DNA of 64,000 bases, taken from contig OY282370.1 of assembly GCA_958295745.1 (NCBI GenBank), positions 1,162,311 to 1,226,310 on the forward strand, in the 5' to 3' direction. Origin of the DNA: an uncultured Acidimicrobiia bacterium. GTDB taxonomy: Bacteria; Actinomycetota; Acidimicrobiia; Spongiisociales; Spongiisociaceae. Below, piece after piece: positions 37,655-46,490 of this stretch. Position numbers and translations under genes: made by a program. Under the pieces are notes generated by a model. It was not told the DNA's origin. It made no database searches and worked only from the letters and a program-made list of their open reading frames with translations. Each line of letters opens with the position of its first letter. Position 1 is the stretch's first letter.

Positions 37655-38443
37655 TCACCATATGGACCAGCCGCCGTCTATCACCAGGTTGTGGCCGGTT
37701 ATGAACGATGAGGCGTCCGAGGCCAAGAAGATGGCGGCCCCTGCCAGGTCGTCGGGGCGGCCGAAGCGGGCCATCGGGGTTCGGCCGATTATGGCGGCCC
37801 GGCCCGCCTCGTCGATGATATCGGCGGTCTGATCGGTAACGAACATCCCGGGAGAGATGGAGTTGACCCGGACCCCCTGCCGCGCCCAGCCTGCCGCCAG
37901 CGAACGGGTGAGGGCCAACACCCCGCCCTTGCTGGCGCAATATGCAGGAGAGGACGGCCCGCCCTCGTTGAATGTGTAGAGACGGGAGTCGGGGCCGAGG
38001 AAACCGTAGACAGAGGCGACGTTGATGATCGACCCCTTCCCTTGGCGCACCATGACCGCCCCGAACGCCCGGGCGCAGAGGAACATGCCATGCAGGTTGA
38101 CATCCAGCACCTTCGACCACTCCTCGTAGTACAGGCGCTCCATCGGATTGCGCTCCCCGATCCCGGCGTTGTTGAGCAGCACCAGCGGGGCGCCGTCTTC
38201 GCACCGGGCCGCCGCCTCGGACACCTGACCGGGGTCGGTTACATCGCAGCCGAAGAACTCGACCGCGGCGCCCGCCTCTGCGGCTTCCTCCCGCGCCGCC
38301 TCGAAACGGTCCTCCAGGATGTCCAAAGCCCACACCTCGGCGCCGGCCTGGGCCATGCCGATGCCCATACCGAGCCCCAGCCCCCGCGCCCCGCCGGTAA
38401 CCACAACCCGGCGCCCCGACAGATCGAACCGCTCAACGGTCAT
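37655..38443 (-). CDS. SDR-family NAD(P)-dependent oxidoreductase
   Basis: TGGARGLG, NNAG, YCASK, VNSISPG. Confidence 0.92.
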   Translation of the reverse strand: MTVERFDLSGRRVVVTGGARGLGLGMGIGMAQAGAEVWALDILEDRFEAAREEAAEAGAAVEFFGCDVTDPGQVSEAAARCEDGAPLVLLNNAGIGERNPMERLYYEEWSKVLDVNLHGMFLCARAFGAVMVRQGKGSIINVASVYGFLGPDSRLYTFNEGGPSSPAYCASKGGVLALTRSLAAGWARQGVRVNSISPGMFVTDQTADIIDEAGRAAIIGRTPMARFGRPDDLAGAAIFLASDASSFITGHNLVIDGGWSIW

Positions 38444-38629
38444 CCACACCTCCATATTCGACCCGGCGGCCTCGGCCTGCCTGCGGGGGAGCAAACCCGA
38501 CTGCCCGAACCGTACAGCACGCACCGGGCGCCGCGCCGCCCCAGACGCCGCCGCCCTCCGCACGGGGATGACCGATTCGAGATAGAAGCCGACCCCCCCG
38601 GCCGGAGAGGCGGGCCGGTATGCTGTGGA

Positions 38630-39820
38630 ATGGATCTGGCCAACCTCGACCACGATCATCCTTCCTTCTATCTGGACCCCCATCGGGCCTTTACCCGCAT
38701 CCACGCCGAGCAGCCGGTTCTCCACACCAACGCCAAGGGCGGCTACTGGCTTCTCACCCGCTACGGGGACATCCGCGCCGCCCTCCTGGACTGGCAGAAC
38801 TTCTCGTCGGCGGGCCTCGAAGCCTCCTCCATCCATGCCCAGTGGCCTCCGGAGGCGGCCATAGTGGAGCTTCCGGTGGGCAGCGACCCGCCCCGGCACA
38901 CCAAATACCGCTCCTTGGTGGCCCCCTGGTTCGGACGCGGCCATGTAGCCCCGCTCGAACCGGCGCTGCGGGAGGACGCCCGCCGCCTGCTGGCAAAACT
39001 GGCCGACGCGGGAGGGGGCGACGCCGTCCAAGACTTCGCCCTCCCCTACATCTTGTCGGCCCTGGCGCGCTTCCTGGCGGTGCCGGTGAGGGATGCAAAG
39101 CGCTTCATGGAATACGCCGAAGGCACTTTCATCGGCCGAGCCGCCCACCGCCATGTGGCCGAGCAATCCCGGTACGGCCTGATCGAATACGTGCACGACC
39201 GGATGACCGGCGACCGGGGCGGGGCCGACAGCTACTTCTCCTTCCTGGCCGCCAGTCGGATAGACGGACGAAGGCTCGACGACGAAGAGATCCTGGGTTT
39301 CGGATCGCTCGCCTACCTGGCCGGGGTGGAGACGACCGTGAACGGAATCGCCAACAGCATGCACCACCTCGGTATGCATCCCGATGACCAGACCCTGCTC
39401 CGCGACCCGTCGGTGGACATGGAAGCAGCCGTCGAAGAGCTGCTCCGGATCCGGGCGCCGGTCACCCTGCTCGGCCGCCATACCACCGCCGACGTAGAAG
39501 TGGGGGGCTGCCCCATCCCGAAGGGCTCGTCGGTGGCCATGTGCTACGGCGGGGCCAACGTCGACGCCGCCGTCTACCCCGACCCGCTGCGTTTCCGGCT
39601 CGGGCGCAAGACCCGGCATCTGGCCTTCGGAACCGGCCGGCATCTGTGCCTCGGCGCCGCCCTCGCCCGGCTCGAGATACGGGTGGCGGTGGAGGAGGCC
39701 CTGGCCGCCCTCCCCCACTGGGAAGTCGATACTTCCGGCGAAGCCCGACCCATGATGTTGCCCAGAGGCGAGCTGCACGGCTTCTGGCGCCTCCCGATAC
39801 GTATCCAAACCGCAGCATGA
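38630..39820 (+). CDS. Cytochrome P450
   Basis: DPPRH, AGVETT I-helix, EELLR, FGTGRHLCLG heme motif. Confidence 0.95.
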   Translation: MDLANLDHDHPSFYLDPHRAFTRIHAEQPVLHTNAKGGYWLLTRYGDIRAALLDWQNFSSAGLEASSIHAQWPPEAAIVELPVGSDPPRHTKYRSLVAPWFGRGHVAPLEPALREDARRLLAKLADAGGGDAVQDFALPYILSALARFLAVPVRDAKRFMEYAEGTFIGRAAHRHVAEQSRYGLIEYVHDRMTGDRGGADSYFSFLAASRIDGRRLDDEEILGFGSLAYLAGVETTVNGIANSMHHLGMHPDDQTLLRDPSVDMEAAVEELLRIRAPVTLLGRHTTADVEVGGCPIPKGSSVAMCYGGANVDAAVYPDPLRFRLGRKTRHLAFGTGRHLCLGAALARLEIRVAVEEALAALPHWEVDTSGEARPMMLPRGELHGFWRLPIRIQTAA

Positions 39821-40905
39821 CCAAACAGACACCGGCGGCGGCGAGGACGGCCATCCAGACGGTGCTCGGACCGATCGCACCCGAAGAGGCCGGAATCACC
39901 CTCCCCCACGAGCACCTCATCGCCGACCTCACCCTCTACCTCGAGCCGCCCGCCAACCCCGAGGCGGAGGCGTGGGCGGAGCAGCCCTTCACTGTCGAGC
40001 ATCGCCGAAGGATCCTCGCCAACTGCAACACCAACCGGGACAACCTGCGGCTCGACGACCCAGCGCTCATGACGGCGGAGCTCCTCCCGTTCACCGAGGC
40101 CGGCGGGCGCACCCTGGTGGACCTGACCACCCAGGGCCTCGGTCCCCGGCCCGAGACGGCGGCGGAGATAGCCCGCCGGAGCGGAGTCAACGTGGTGCTC
40201 GGGGCCGGTTACTACATCGAGGAAGGCCATCCGCCCGGCATGGAGGACCGCTCCGAGGAAGACATCGCCGCCGAGATCGCCGCCCATATCACCGAAGGCT
40301 TCAGCGCAGAGGCAAACGAGGCGAACGGCGTCCGGGCGGGGATCATCGGCGAGATCGGCTTCCAGAACGGAACTCCCGCCGAGGAGAAATCCCTGCGCGG
40401 CGCCGCCCTGGCCCAGCGGACCACCGGGGCGGCGATGAACGTCCACGTCCCGTTCGGGCCGGGCCGGGAGGAACTCTGCCGCCGGGCGGCCGACCTCCTG
40501 GCCGACGCCGGCGCCGACCTGAGCCGGGTGATCCTCAGCCATCAGGATCTCAGCATCCGGGATCCCGAATACCAGGAAGCCATGCTGAGCCGCGGGGTAA
40601 CCCTCGAGATCGACTGTTTCGGTCTCGAGATGACCACCCGGGCCTACGGCGGGTGGAGCTTTCCGTCCGACCGGGAACGCATCGCCGGGGCGGCGAGCCT
40701 GGTCGAGCGAGGGTGGGCGGGTCAGGTGCTCGTTTCTACGGACATCTGTATGAAGTTCCAGCTGCGCGCCTACGGAGGGCGCGGCTTCGGGTATATCCTC
40801 GACACGGCGGCGCCGGGGATGCGCGAGGCCGGCGTCTCCGAGGCCGATCTCGACAAGATCCTGGCCGGGAATGCCAGACGGCTCCTCACGATGGAGGTGA
40901 AATGA
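39817..40905 (+). CDS. Phosphotriesterase-family (PTE/PHP/PTER-like) metallohydrolase, paralog 1
   Basis: TLPHEH, GAGYY, GEIG, NVH, LSHQD, STDIC; ATGA overlap with the P450 stop. Confidence 0.92.
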   Translation: MTKQTPAAARTAIQTVLGPIAPEEAGITLPHEHLIADLTLYLEPPANPEAEAWAEQPFTVEHRRRILANCNTNRDNLRLDDPALMTAELLPFTEAGGRTLVDLTTQGLGPRPETAAEIARRSGVNVVLGAGYYIEEGHPPGMEDRSEEDIAAEIAAHITEGFSAEANEANGVRAGIIGEIGFQNGTPAEEKSLRGAALAQRTTGAAMNVHVPFGPGREELCRRAADLLADAGADLSRVILSHQDLSIRDPEYQEAMLSRGVTLEIDCFGLEMTTRAYGGWSFPSDRERIAGAASLVERGWAGQVLVSTDICMKFQLRAYGGRGFGYILDTAAPGMREAGVSEADLDKILAGNARRLLTMEVK

Positions 40906-42167
40906 CCAGGTTCTGGCACGGATACGCCGATATGAGCCTGGTGCCGGGCAACGAGATCGTGGTGAACCGGGGCGAGGGGGTGTGGATCTACGACACGACC
41001 GGCCGCCGGTATCTCGACGCCACCGCCGCTCTCTGGTATTGCAACGTCGGGCATGGGCGGGCGGAGATCGCGGCGGCGGTGGCCGGTCAGATGGCCGATC
41101 TGGCCGCCTATTCCACGTTCGGGTTCACGGCCACCCCGCCCACCCTCGAGCTGGCCGAACGGCTGGCCGAAATGTCGCCCATCGAGGACGCGGTGGTGTT
41201 CCTGACCACCGGGGGCAGCGACGCCATCGAGACCGCCGCCAAGCTGATCCGGCGCTACTGGAACGCGGTGGACCGGCCCGAGAAACGGATCATCGTGACC
41301 CGCGAGCTGAGCTATCACGGAATGAACGCTTGGGGCACCGAGCTGGGGGGCCTTGCTTCCAACAGCGAAGGGTACGGCGGGCCGTTGGTTCCCCATGTGG
41401 TCCACGTCCCGACCCATGACACCGGGGCGGTGGCCGACCTGTTCGAGCGGGAAGCCTCGCATATCGCCGCCTTCGTCGGCGAGCCGGTGATCGGGTCGGG
41501 CGGAGTCGTTCCACCGGTCGAGGGCTACTGGCCGGAGATCGAGCGGCTGTGCCGCGCCCACGACGTGTTGCTGGTGGCCGATGAGGTGATAACCGGATTC
41601 GGACGGACGGGCCGGGACTTCGGCGCCCAGCGCTACGGTTTCACCCCGGATCTGATCGCGTTCGCGAAGGGGGTTACCTCCGGTTACGCCCCCCTCGGCG
41701 GAGTGCTGATCGCGCCCCGGATCCGCGAGCCGTTCTGGGCCGGGAAAGCCATGTTCCGCCACGGGTACACCTACTCGGGCCACGCGGCGTCCTGCGCGGC
41801 CGCCCTGGCCAACCTCGACATCCTCGAACGCGAGGGCTTGACGGCGCGGGCCGCCGAGCTCGAACCTATCCTGGCCGCCGTCGTGGCCGGCCTCGCAAAC
41901 CTTCCGGTGGTCGATGCCACCCGGGCCGCCGGGCTGCTGGCAGCGGCGGTGCTCTCCGAAGAAGCCCTGCAGGAGGATCCCGGCCTGCTCGACGCCGTCG
42001 TCCGCTCCGCCTGGGACAAGGGAATCATCACCATCGGCCTGCGGGGCGCCTACGGCGTCCTGCAGATATCCCCTCCGTTCGTCATCACCCCCTCCGAGAT
42101 CGATCACATGGTGGACGGACTGGCCGAAGCCGTCGCAGAGGTCTCGGCCGAGCGGGGATTCGGGTAG
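40902..42167 (+). CDS. Class III (omega) PLP aminotransferase
   Basis: YLDATAALWYCNVGHGR, SYHG, ADEVITGFGRTG, FAKGVTSGY, HGYTYSGH. Confidence 0.93.
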   Translation: MTRFWHGYADMSLVPGNEIVVNRGEGVWIYDTTGRRYLDATAALWYCNVGHGRAEIAAAVAGQMADLAAYSTFGFTATPPTLELAERLAEMSPIEDAVVFLTTGGSDAIETAAKLIRRYWNAVDRPEKRIIVTRELSYHGMNAWGTELGGLASNSEGYGGPLVPHVVHVPTHDTGAVADLFEREASHIAAFVGEPVIGSGGVVPPVEGYWPEIERLCRAHDVLLVADEVITGFGRTGRDFGAQRYGFTPDLIAFAKGVTSGYAPLGGVLIAPRIREPFWAGKAMFRHGYTYSGHAASCAAALANLDILEREGLTARAAELEPILAAVVAGLANLPVVDATRAAGLLAAAVLSEEALQEDPGLLDAVVRSAWDKGIITIGLRGAYGVLQISPPFVITPSEIDHMVDGLAEAVAEVSAERGFG

Positions 42168-42204
42168 GGCTTCCTGATCCGATGGGGAACGGGAACACCC
42201 AGGA

Positions 42205-43227
42205 TCAAGAGGCGAGTATCCGCCGGGTGTTGTCGACCATGAACATGTCGAGCAGCGCAGGATCGAGACCCAAAGCGTCGATCATCCCCGGAACCACCGA
42301 ACGCAGATACCCGTAGCCGAACCCCCCGTAGGCGGTCAGCTGGACGCGGGAACACACGTCATGGCTCACCAACAGCTGTCCGGCGTAACCCTCGTCTGCC
42401 AGCCTGCTGAGCGCCGTCAGCCGCTGCGGATCGGTCGGGAAATGGAGATACCAATCGTGCGGCCACCATGTAGACCCGAAAAAGTCGAACTCGACGTTGA
42501 CGCCGCGCCGCAAAACCCGGCGGTGCCAGTCCAGATCCCGAATGTCGAAGTCCATATGGCAGAACACCACCCGATCCCAGATCGGCTCTGTGCGGTCGAG
42601 CACCCCCAAGGCATGCTCGGCGATCGACACCTCCATCAGATGCACGAACAGCGGCGCCCCGGTCTCCCGATGCGCCAGCACCGCCGCTTCCAGGGTCTTG
42701 AGCTCACCGGGGTGGACGGGCGAGAAAAGACCGATCTCCCCGATCACACCCGCCCTGACCCCGGTCTCGCCGATCCCCTCCGTCAGGTCCCGGATCATCG
42801 GCTCGGCGATAGCCTCCGGCGGCGACTCGTCTATGAACCGGCGGGTCTCGGGCGGCTGCTGCAAGCGCAGGTAGTGACCGGTGCCGCAGATGATGTTGAC
42901 CCCGGTCCGCTCAGAGATGCGAGCCAAACCAGCCGGGTCGCGCCTCAGCTCCGGGGGAGTCAGGTCGACAACGGTCTGCACCCCGGCATCTCTGGCCTTG
43001 GCCAGCTCCCCTTCCGGATCAGAGGACCCGTCGAGAGTGATGACGTTCACGTTGCGCATCAAGTCGTTGCGGAGCACCCCGAGCTGATCCATCGTGATCG
43101 GTCCGGCGGCATCGTGGCCGGCAGGCGGGAAAGCATAAGCCATCGAGATCAACACATGCTCATGAGGCAACGTCACCCCGAGCTGCCCCTCCTCGACCGG
43201 ACCCCGCACCGTCATCACCCGCGCCAT
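42205..43227 (-). CDS. Phosphotriesterase-family metallohydrolase, paralog 2
   Basis: TLPHEH, CGTGHY, GEIG, FVH, FCHMD, SHDVC. Confidence 0.92.
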   Translation of the reverse strand: MARVMTVRGPVEEGQLGVTLPHEHVLISMAYAFPPAGHDAAGPITMDQLGVLRNDLMRNVNVITLDGSSDPEGELAKARDAGVQTVVDLTPPELRRDPAGLARISERTGVNIICGTGHYLRLQQPPETRRFIDESPPEAIAEPMIRDLTEGIGETGVRAGVIGEIGLFSPVHPGELKTLEAAVLAHRETGAPLFVHLMEVSIAEHALGVLDRTEPIWDRVVFCHMDFDIRDLDWHRRVLRRGVNVEFDFFGSTWWPHDWYLHFPTDPQRLTALSRLADEGYAGQLLVSHDVCSRVQLTAYGGFGYGYLRSVVPGMIDALGLDPALLDMFMVDNTRRILAS

Positions 43228-43338
43228 GGTCCCAAGCCTATAACCAAACCAAGGCGGCTACAGGAAGGATCAGGCGCCGCGGCCCGGGGCTGGTCGGCTA
43301 TGTTGATATGACCTCCTGTCGAAGAGAAGGACGCGGCG

Positions 43339-44085
43339 ATGCGCATCACCGACATGCTGGACCAGGTGTGCATCGACCCGCGCGCCGGGCCCGACACCCT
43401 GGACCGAATGGCCGACGAGTGCCTGGAAGTCGGCTTGGCCGCCTTCTGCGTCTACCCGTGGTGGGTGAAGCGGGTGGCCAAACGGATGGGCGATCGGGTG
43501 GCGACCTCCGGCATCGTCAGCATGCCGATCGGTCTCGAAGGAACCGCCGCCAAGGTTGCGAGCACCAAGGACTGCGTTGCCGCCGGGGCGGTCGAGATCG
43601 ACTTCCTGGCCGCTTGGTCGGCCATCCTCTACGGCGACCTCGACGCCGCCATCCGGGACGCGGCGGCGGTGGTCGAGGCGGCCAAATCCGAGAACCCGGC
43701 GGTGATCACCAAGGCGATCATCGAATCCCCGGAGATGGAAAGGCACAGCGGGAAGCTGGCCGCCGCCTGCCGGGTGGTGGTCGAATCGGGCGCCGACTTC
43801 GCCAAGACATCCACCGGCCTGTCGGTATATGGGGGCGGCACGGTGGAGCAGGTGCGGGCGATGCGGGCCGCCCTGCCCGGCCATGTACAGGTCAAGGCCG
43901 CCTCGCCTGACATCCTCACCCTGGCCGATGCCGCCGCCATGGTCGAGGCCGGCAGCACCCGGCTGGGCACCCCGTCGCCCATCCGGATCGCCCTCGAAGA
44001 GGCAGGCCGCCTAAACGACCCCGGCATGGAAGCGGGTACGGGAGGCTACGTCCGAGAGTTCGGCTGGACTGTCCCAACTACCTGA
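43339..44085 (+). CDS. deoC: Deoxyribose-phosphate aldolase (DERA)-like class I aldolase
   Basis: CVYP, GAVEID, KAIIES, GADFAKTSTG (Schiff-base Lys), VKAA, RLGT; phosphate-site residues are atypical. Confidence 0.75.
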   Translation: MRITDMLDQVCIDPRAGPDTLDRMADECLEVGLAAFCVYPWWVKRVAKRMGDRVATSGIVSMPIGLEGTAAKVASTKDCVAAGAVEIDFLAAWSAILYGDLDAAIRDAAAVVEAAKSENPAVITKAIIESPEMERHSGKLAAACRVVVESGADFAKTSTGLSVYGGGTVEQVRAMRAALPGHVQVKAASPDILTLADAAAMVEAGSTRLGTPSPIRIALEEAGRLNDPGMEAGTGGYVREFGWTVPTT

Positions 44086-44172
44086 CGGTTGCCGCCTATC
44101 CTGAACTCACCGCGCCGCCTACCACACCGCAGTGCCCGGCAACACCTGGACCCACCCGCCCAAGGACAAACA

Positions 44173-45654
44173 ATGACCACCTGCACGACATGGCGCCCCA
44201 TCGAGCCGCCCGACCCGGCAACGGCGGAAAGGCTCAGAGGCGATTTGGCCGCTGTCGATGCCCTGCACCGGTCGTGGAAGGAGTTCGCCGCCTCCCTGGA
44301 CGAGGCCGACCGCCATACCCTCCGCCGCCGCACCCTTCGCAAGCACGCCATAGAAACCGGCATCATCGAGCACCTATACGACATCGACCCGGGGGTTACC
44401 GAAATGCTGGTGGCCGAAGGGCTGACCAGGGAAGCCGTCGCCCGAGCGGGCGGGGAGCTGTCTCCGGGAGTCCTGCCCATGCTCGAAGCCCAGATGGAAG
44501 GGCTGGAGATGGTCACCGAATACGTGCGGGAAGGGTTTCCCTTGACCACCTCCTTCATAAAGGAGATCCACGCCCTGATCGCCCGGGCCCAGCCCTACTA
44601 CGAAGCCACCGATTCCTTGAGGCGGCCCATCAGGGCAAAACTGAACCACGGCAGCTTCAAGACCCTCCCCAACAACGTGAAACTATCCGACGGGTCTCTC
44701 TTGGAATTCGCCCCGCCCGAGCAGGTGGACGGGGAGATAGAACGCTTGGTGGATTGGTACAACCGGATGAGTGATGTCCATCCGGTGATCTCCGCCGCAT
44801 GGCTGCACCACCGGTTCGTGCAGATCCATCCCTTCCAGGACGGCAACGGGAGGGTGGCCAGGGCTCTGACCCTCCTCTCGTTCGGAAGGGCGAAATATCC
44901 GCCGCTGGTGGTAGACCGGGATAGCCGAGATCGGTACTTGCAGGCCTTGAACCAAGCCAACGGCGGCGATTTGACCCCCCTAGGCCGGCTCTTCGTCAAA
45001 TTGGCCATGCGGTCTATACGCCGTGAGCTGGAAGTTCCGGTCCCCGGCCCCCTGCCCCAGACCGCCCGGGAAGTCGCCCGATACCACGCGCGAAAGCTGA
45101 GGTTCCAGGACCAGGAAAGAACAGAGCAGAGAGAACGCGCCGTCCATATACGGGCCCGGCAGATCCACGGACAAATCGGCGACTGGTTCCAAAATGTCGG
45201 CACCGACCTGAAGAGTGTTTATGCCGAACAAGGCCGAACGGTCCAGCAATGGACCGATCAGATCGACCCCGATCACGAACGGGCCAAGTGGTGGCGCCGT
45301 CAGATCATCCGGTCGGCCAAGAAAGCCGAGCACTACGCCGACCTTTCCTCCGACACCTGGTGGACAGCCTTGAGTTTGACTATCAACGGACTTCAATTGC
45401 GGTTCGTTGCCTCCATCCATCATGTGGGAAGCCCCCGCACCGGTGTCATGGCCGTAACCACCTGCGGGGTAATCCGACATCTCACGCAAGAGGACGGGCC
45501 TCCCGAGACGACCGACGTGGATACTTCCTGGGACGCCTTCACTTTCTCCCACGACGAGGAGGTAGAGGATCGGGCCGGCGAACTGAACGATTGGCTGGAC
45601 CATTCGCTGGCGGCGGCCTTTCAAGAACTGAGCCGCCTTACGCTAAGAGCGTGA
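44173..45654 (+). CDS. Fic family protein with a long C-terminal domain
   Basis: AIETGIIE, QIHPFQDGNGRVAR. Confidence 0.92.
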   Translation: MTTCTTWRPIEPPDPATAERLRGDLAAVDALHRSWKEFAASLDEADRHTLRRRTLRKHAIETGIIEHLYDIDPGVTEMLVAEGLTREAVARAGGELSPGVLPMLEAQMEGLEMVTEYVREGFPLTTSFIKEIHALIARAQPYYEATDSLRRPIRAKLNHGSFKTLPNNVKLSDGSLLEFAPPEQVDGEIERLVDWYNRMSDVHPVISAAWLHHRFVQIHPFQDGNGRVARALTLLSFGRAKYPPLVVDRDSRDRYLQALNQANGGDLTPLGRLFVKLAMRSIRRELEVPVPGPLPQTAREVARYHARKLRFQDQERTEQRERAVHIRARQIHGQIGDWFQNVGTDLKSVYAEQGRTVQQWTDQIDPDHERAKWWRRQIIRSAKKAEHYADLSSDTWWTALSLTINGLQLRFVASIHHVGSPRTGVMAVTTCGVIRHLTQEDGPPETTDVDTSWDAFTFSHDEEVEDRAGELNDWLDHSLAAAFQELSRLTLRA

Positions 45655-45790
45655 GCGGATAGGTGTTAGTTGGTAGGGCTCCAGCGGTTTCGCCAGTTGA
45701 TGAGTTTGATGGTGATGATCAGGGTGATGGCTAGCCGGTGTTGGGGGCGGCGGTCGGTGTTGGGGGCGTAGTTGCCCGTAGTTCGACAGC
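45647..45790 (-). mobile_element. IS5-family remnant (transposase 3' end plus probable terminal repeat)
   Basis: Frameshifted translation LSNYGQLR.NTDRRPQHRLAITLIITIKLINWRNRWSPTN*, recalled as an actinobacterial IS5 C-terminus; probable end gagcgtgagcggatagg preceded by TAA. Confidence 0.6.
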
Positions 45791-46020
45791 CGGTGGACGA
45801 CCGATTCACTGAGTGGGCGGAAGCGGTGGGAGTACCGGTCGGTTCGGTTACCGATGAGGACACCAAGCAGGATCTCATCTGCGAGCTGGACGCCTGTGTG
45901 GCTCATCTCTACGACCTCGACGAGGACGACTTGGCTGTCATATACGAAACATTCCACGAAAGGACCGACTACTCTGAGCACCACGCGGCGGTGCTCGAAC
46001 ACTTTGGGAGAACTGAATGA
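45790..46020 (+). pseudogene. C-terminal fragment of an Eco57I-like/type IIG DNA methylase
   Basis: DDRFTEWAEAVGV...LICELDACVAHLYDL...IYETFH matches the recalled extreme C-terminus of large methylases partnered with PLD-SNF2 helicases; no N-terminus is present. Confidence 0.65.
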
Positions 46021-46319
46021 TCGAAAACCGAATACGTATTGGAGGCACTTCAGAGATAGAAAAACTATCTTGGAAACAGCGAGCAAAACATTATCTAGAT
46101 GGTTATCCTCAATATAAGGAGAAGTATAAGCTAGAAAAAATTAGTATAATTAAGAGATGGGTGAGCTATGCGCTTCGTAACGGACTAAACCCAGGATATC
46201 GCAACGAAAGGGCTATTGAGAATTTTCTGAGCTATAAATCGTATTCAGACAGCACTCTTAAAAGTTATCATCGCCATTTCTGTGAATGGTTCGATCATTG
46301 TGAGCGATCCGGCTGGTGA
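46017..46319 (+). CDS. Small low-GC hypothetical protein, possibly an integrase core-binding (SAM-like) domain
   Basis: ATGA-coupled to the upstream fragment; IENFLSYKSYSDSTLKSY...WFDH resembles the integrase N-terminal helical motif. Confidence 0.45.
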   Translation: MIENRIRIGGTSEIEKLSWKQRAKHYLDGYPQYKEKYKLEKISIIKRWVSYALRNGLNPGYRNERAIENFLSYKSYSDSTLKSYHRHFCEWFDHCERSGW

Positions 46320-46490
46320 GCCAGCTGTCTGAACTTTGTGTGTTATACCTCCTCGTATAGTGTCCGGTAAACTAGGCTGATGGAAAGGACAGCTTGAAGG
46401 ATGGGCGGAACTGCGGGCTTTCTGAGCGAGCGGGACCCCGGTATTTGGTACCCGCCGAAGGATTTTGCCCATTCACTGAGGCCTGCCCAG

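Noticed and set aside
37655-39880. Single 741-aa SDR as given in the ORF track
   Set aside because: The N-terminal extension is antisense to the P450; the SDR fold starts at 38443.
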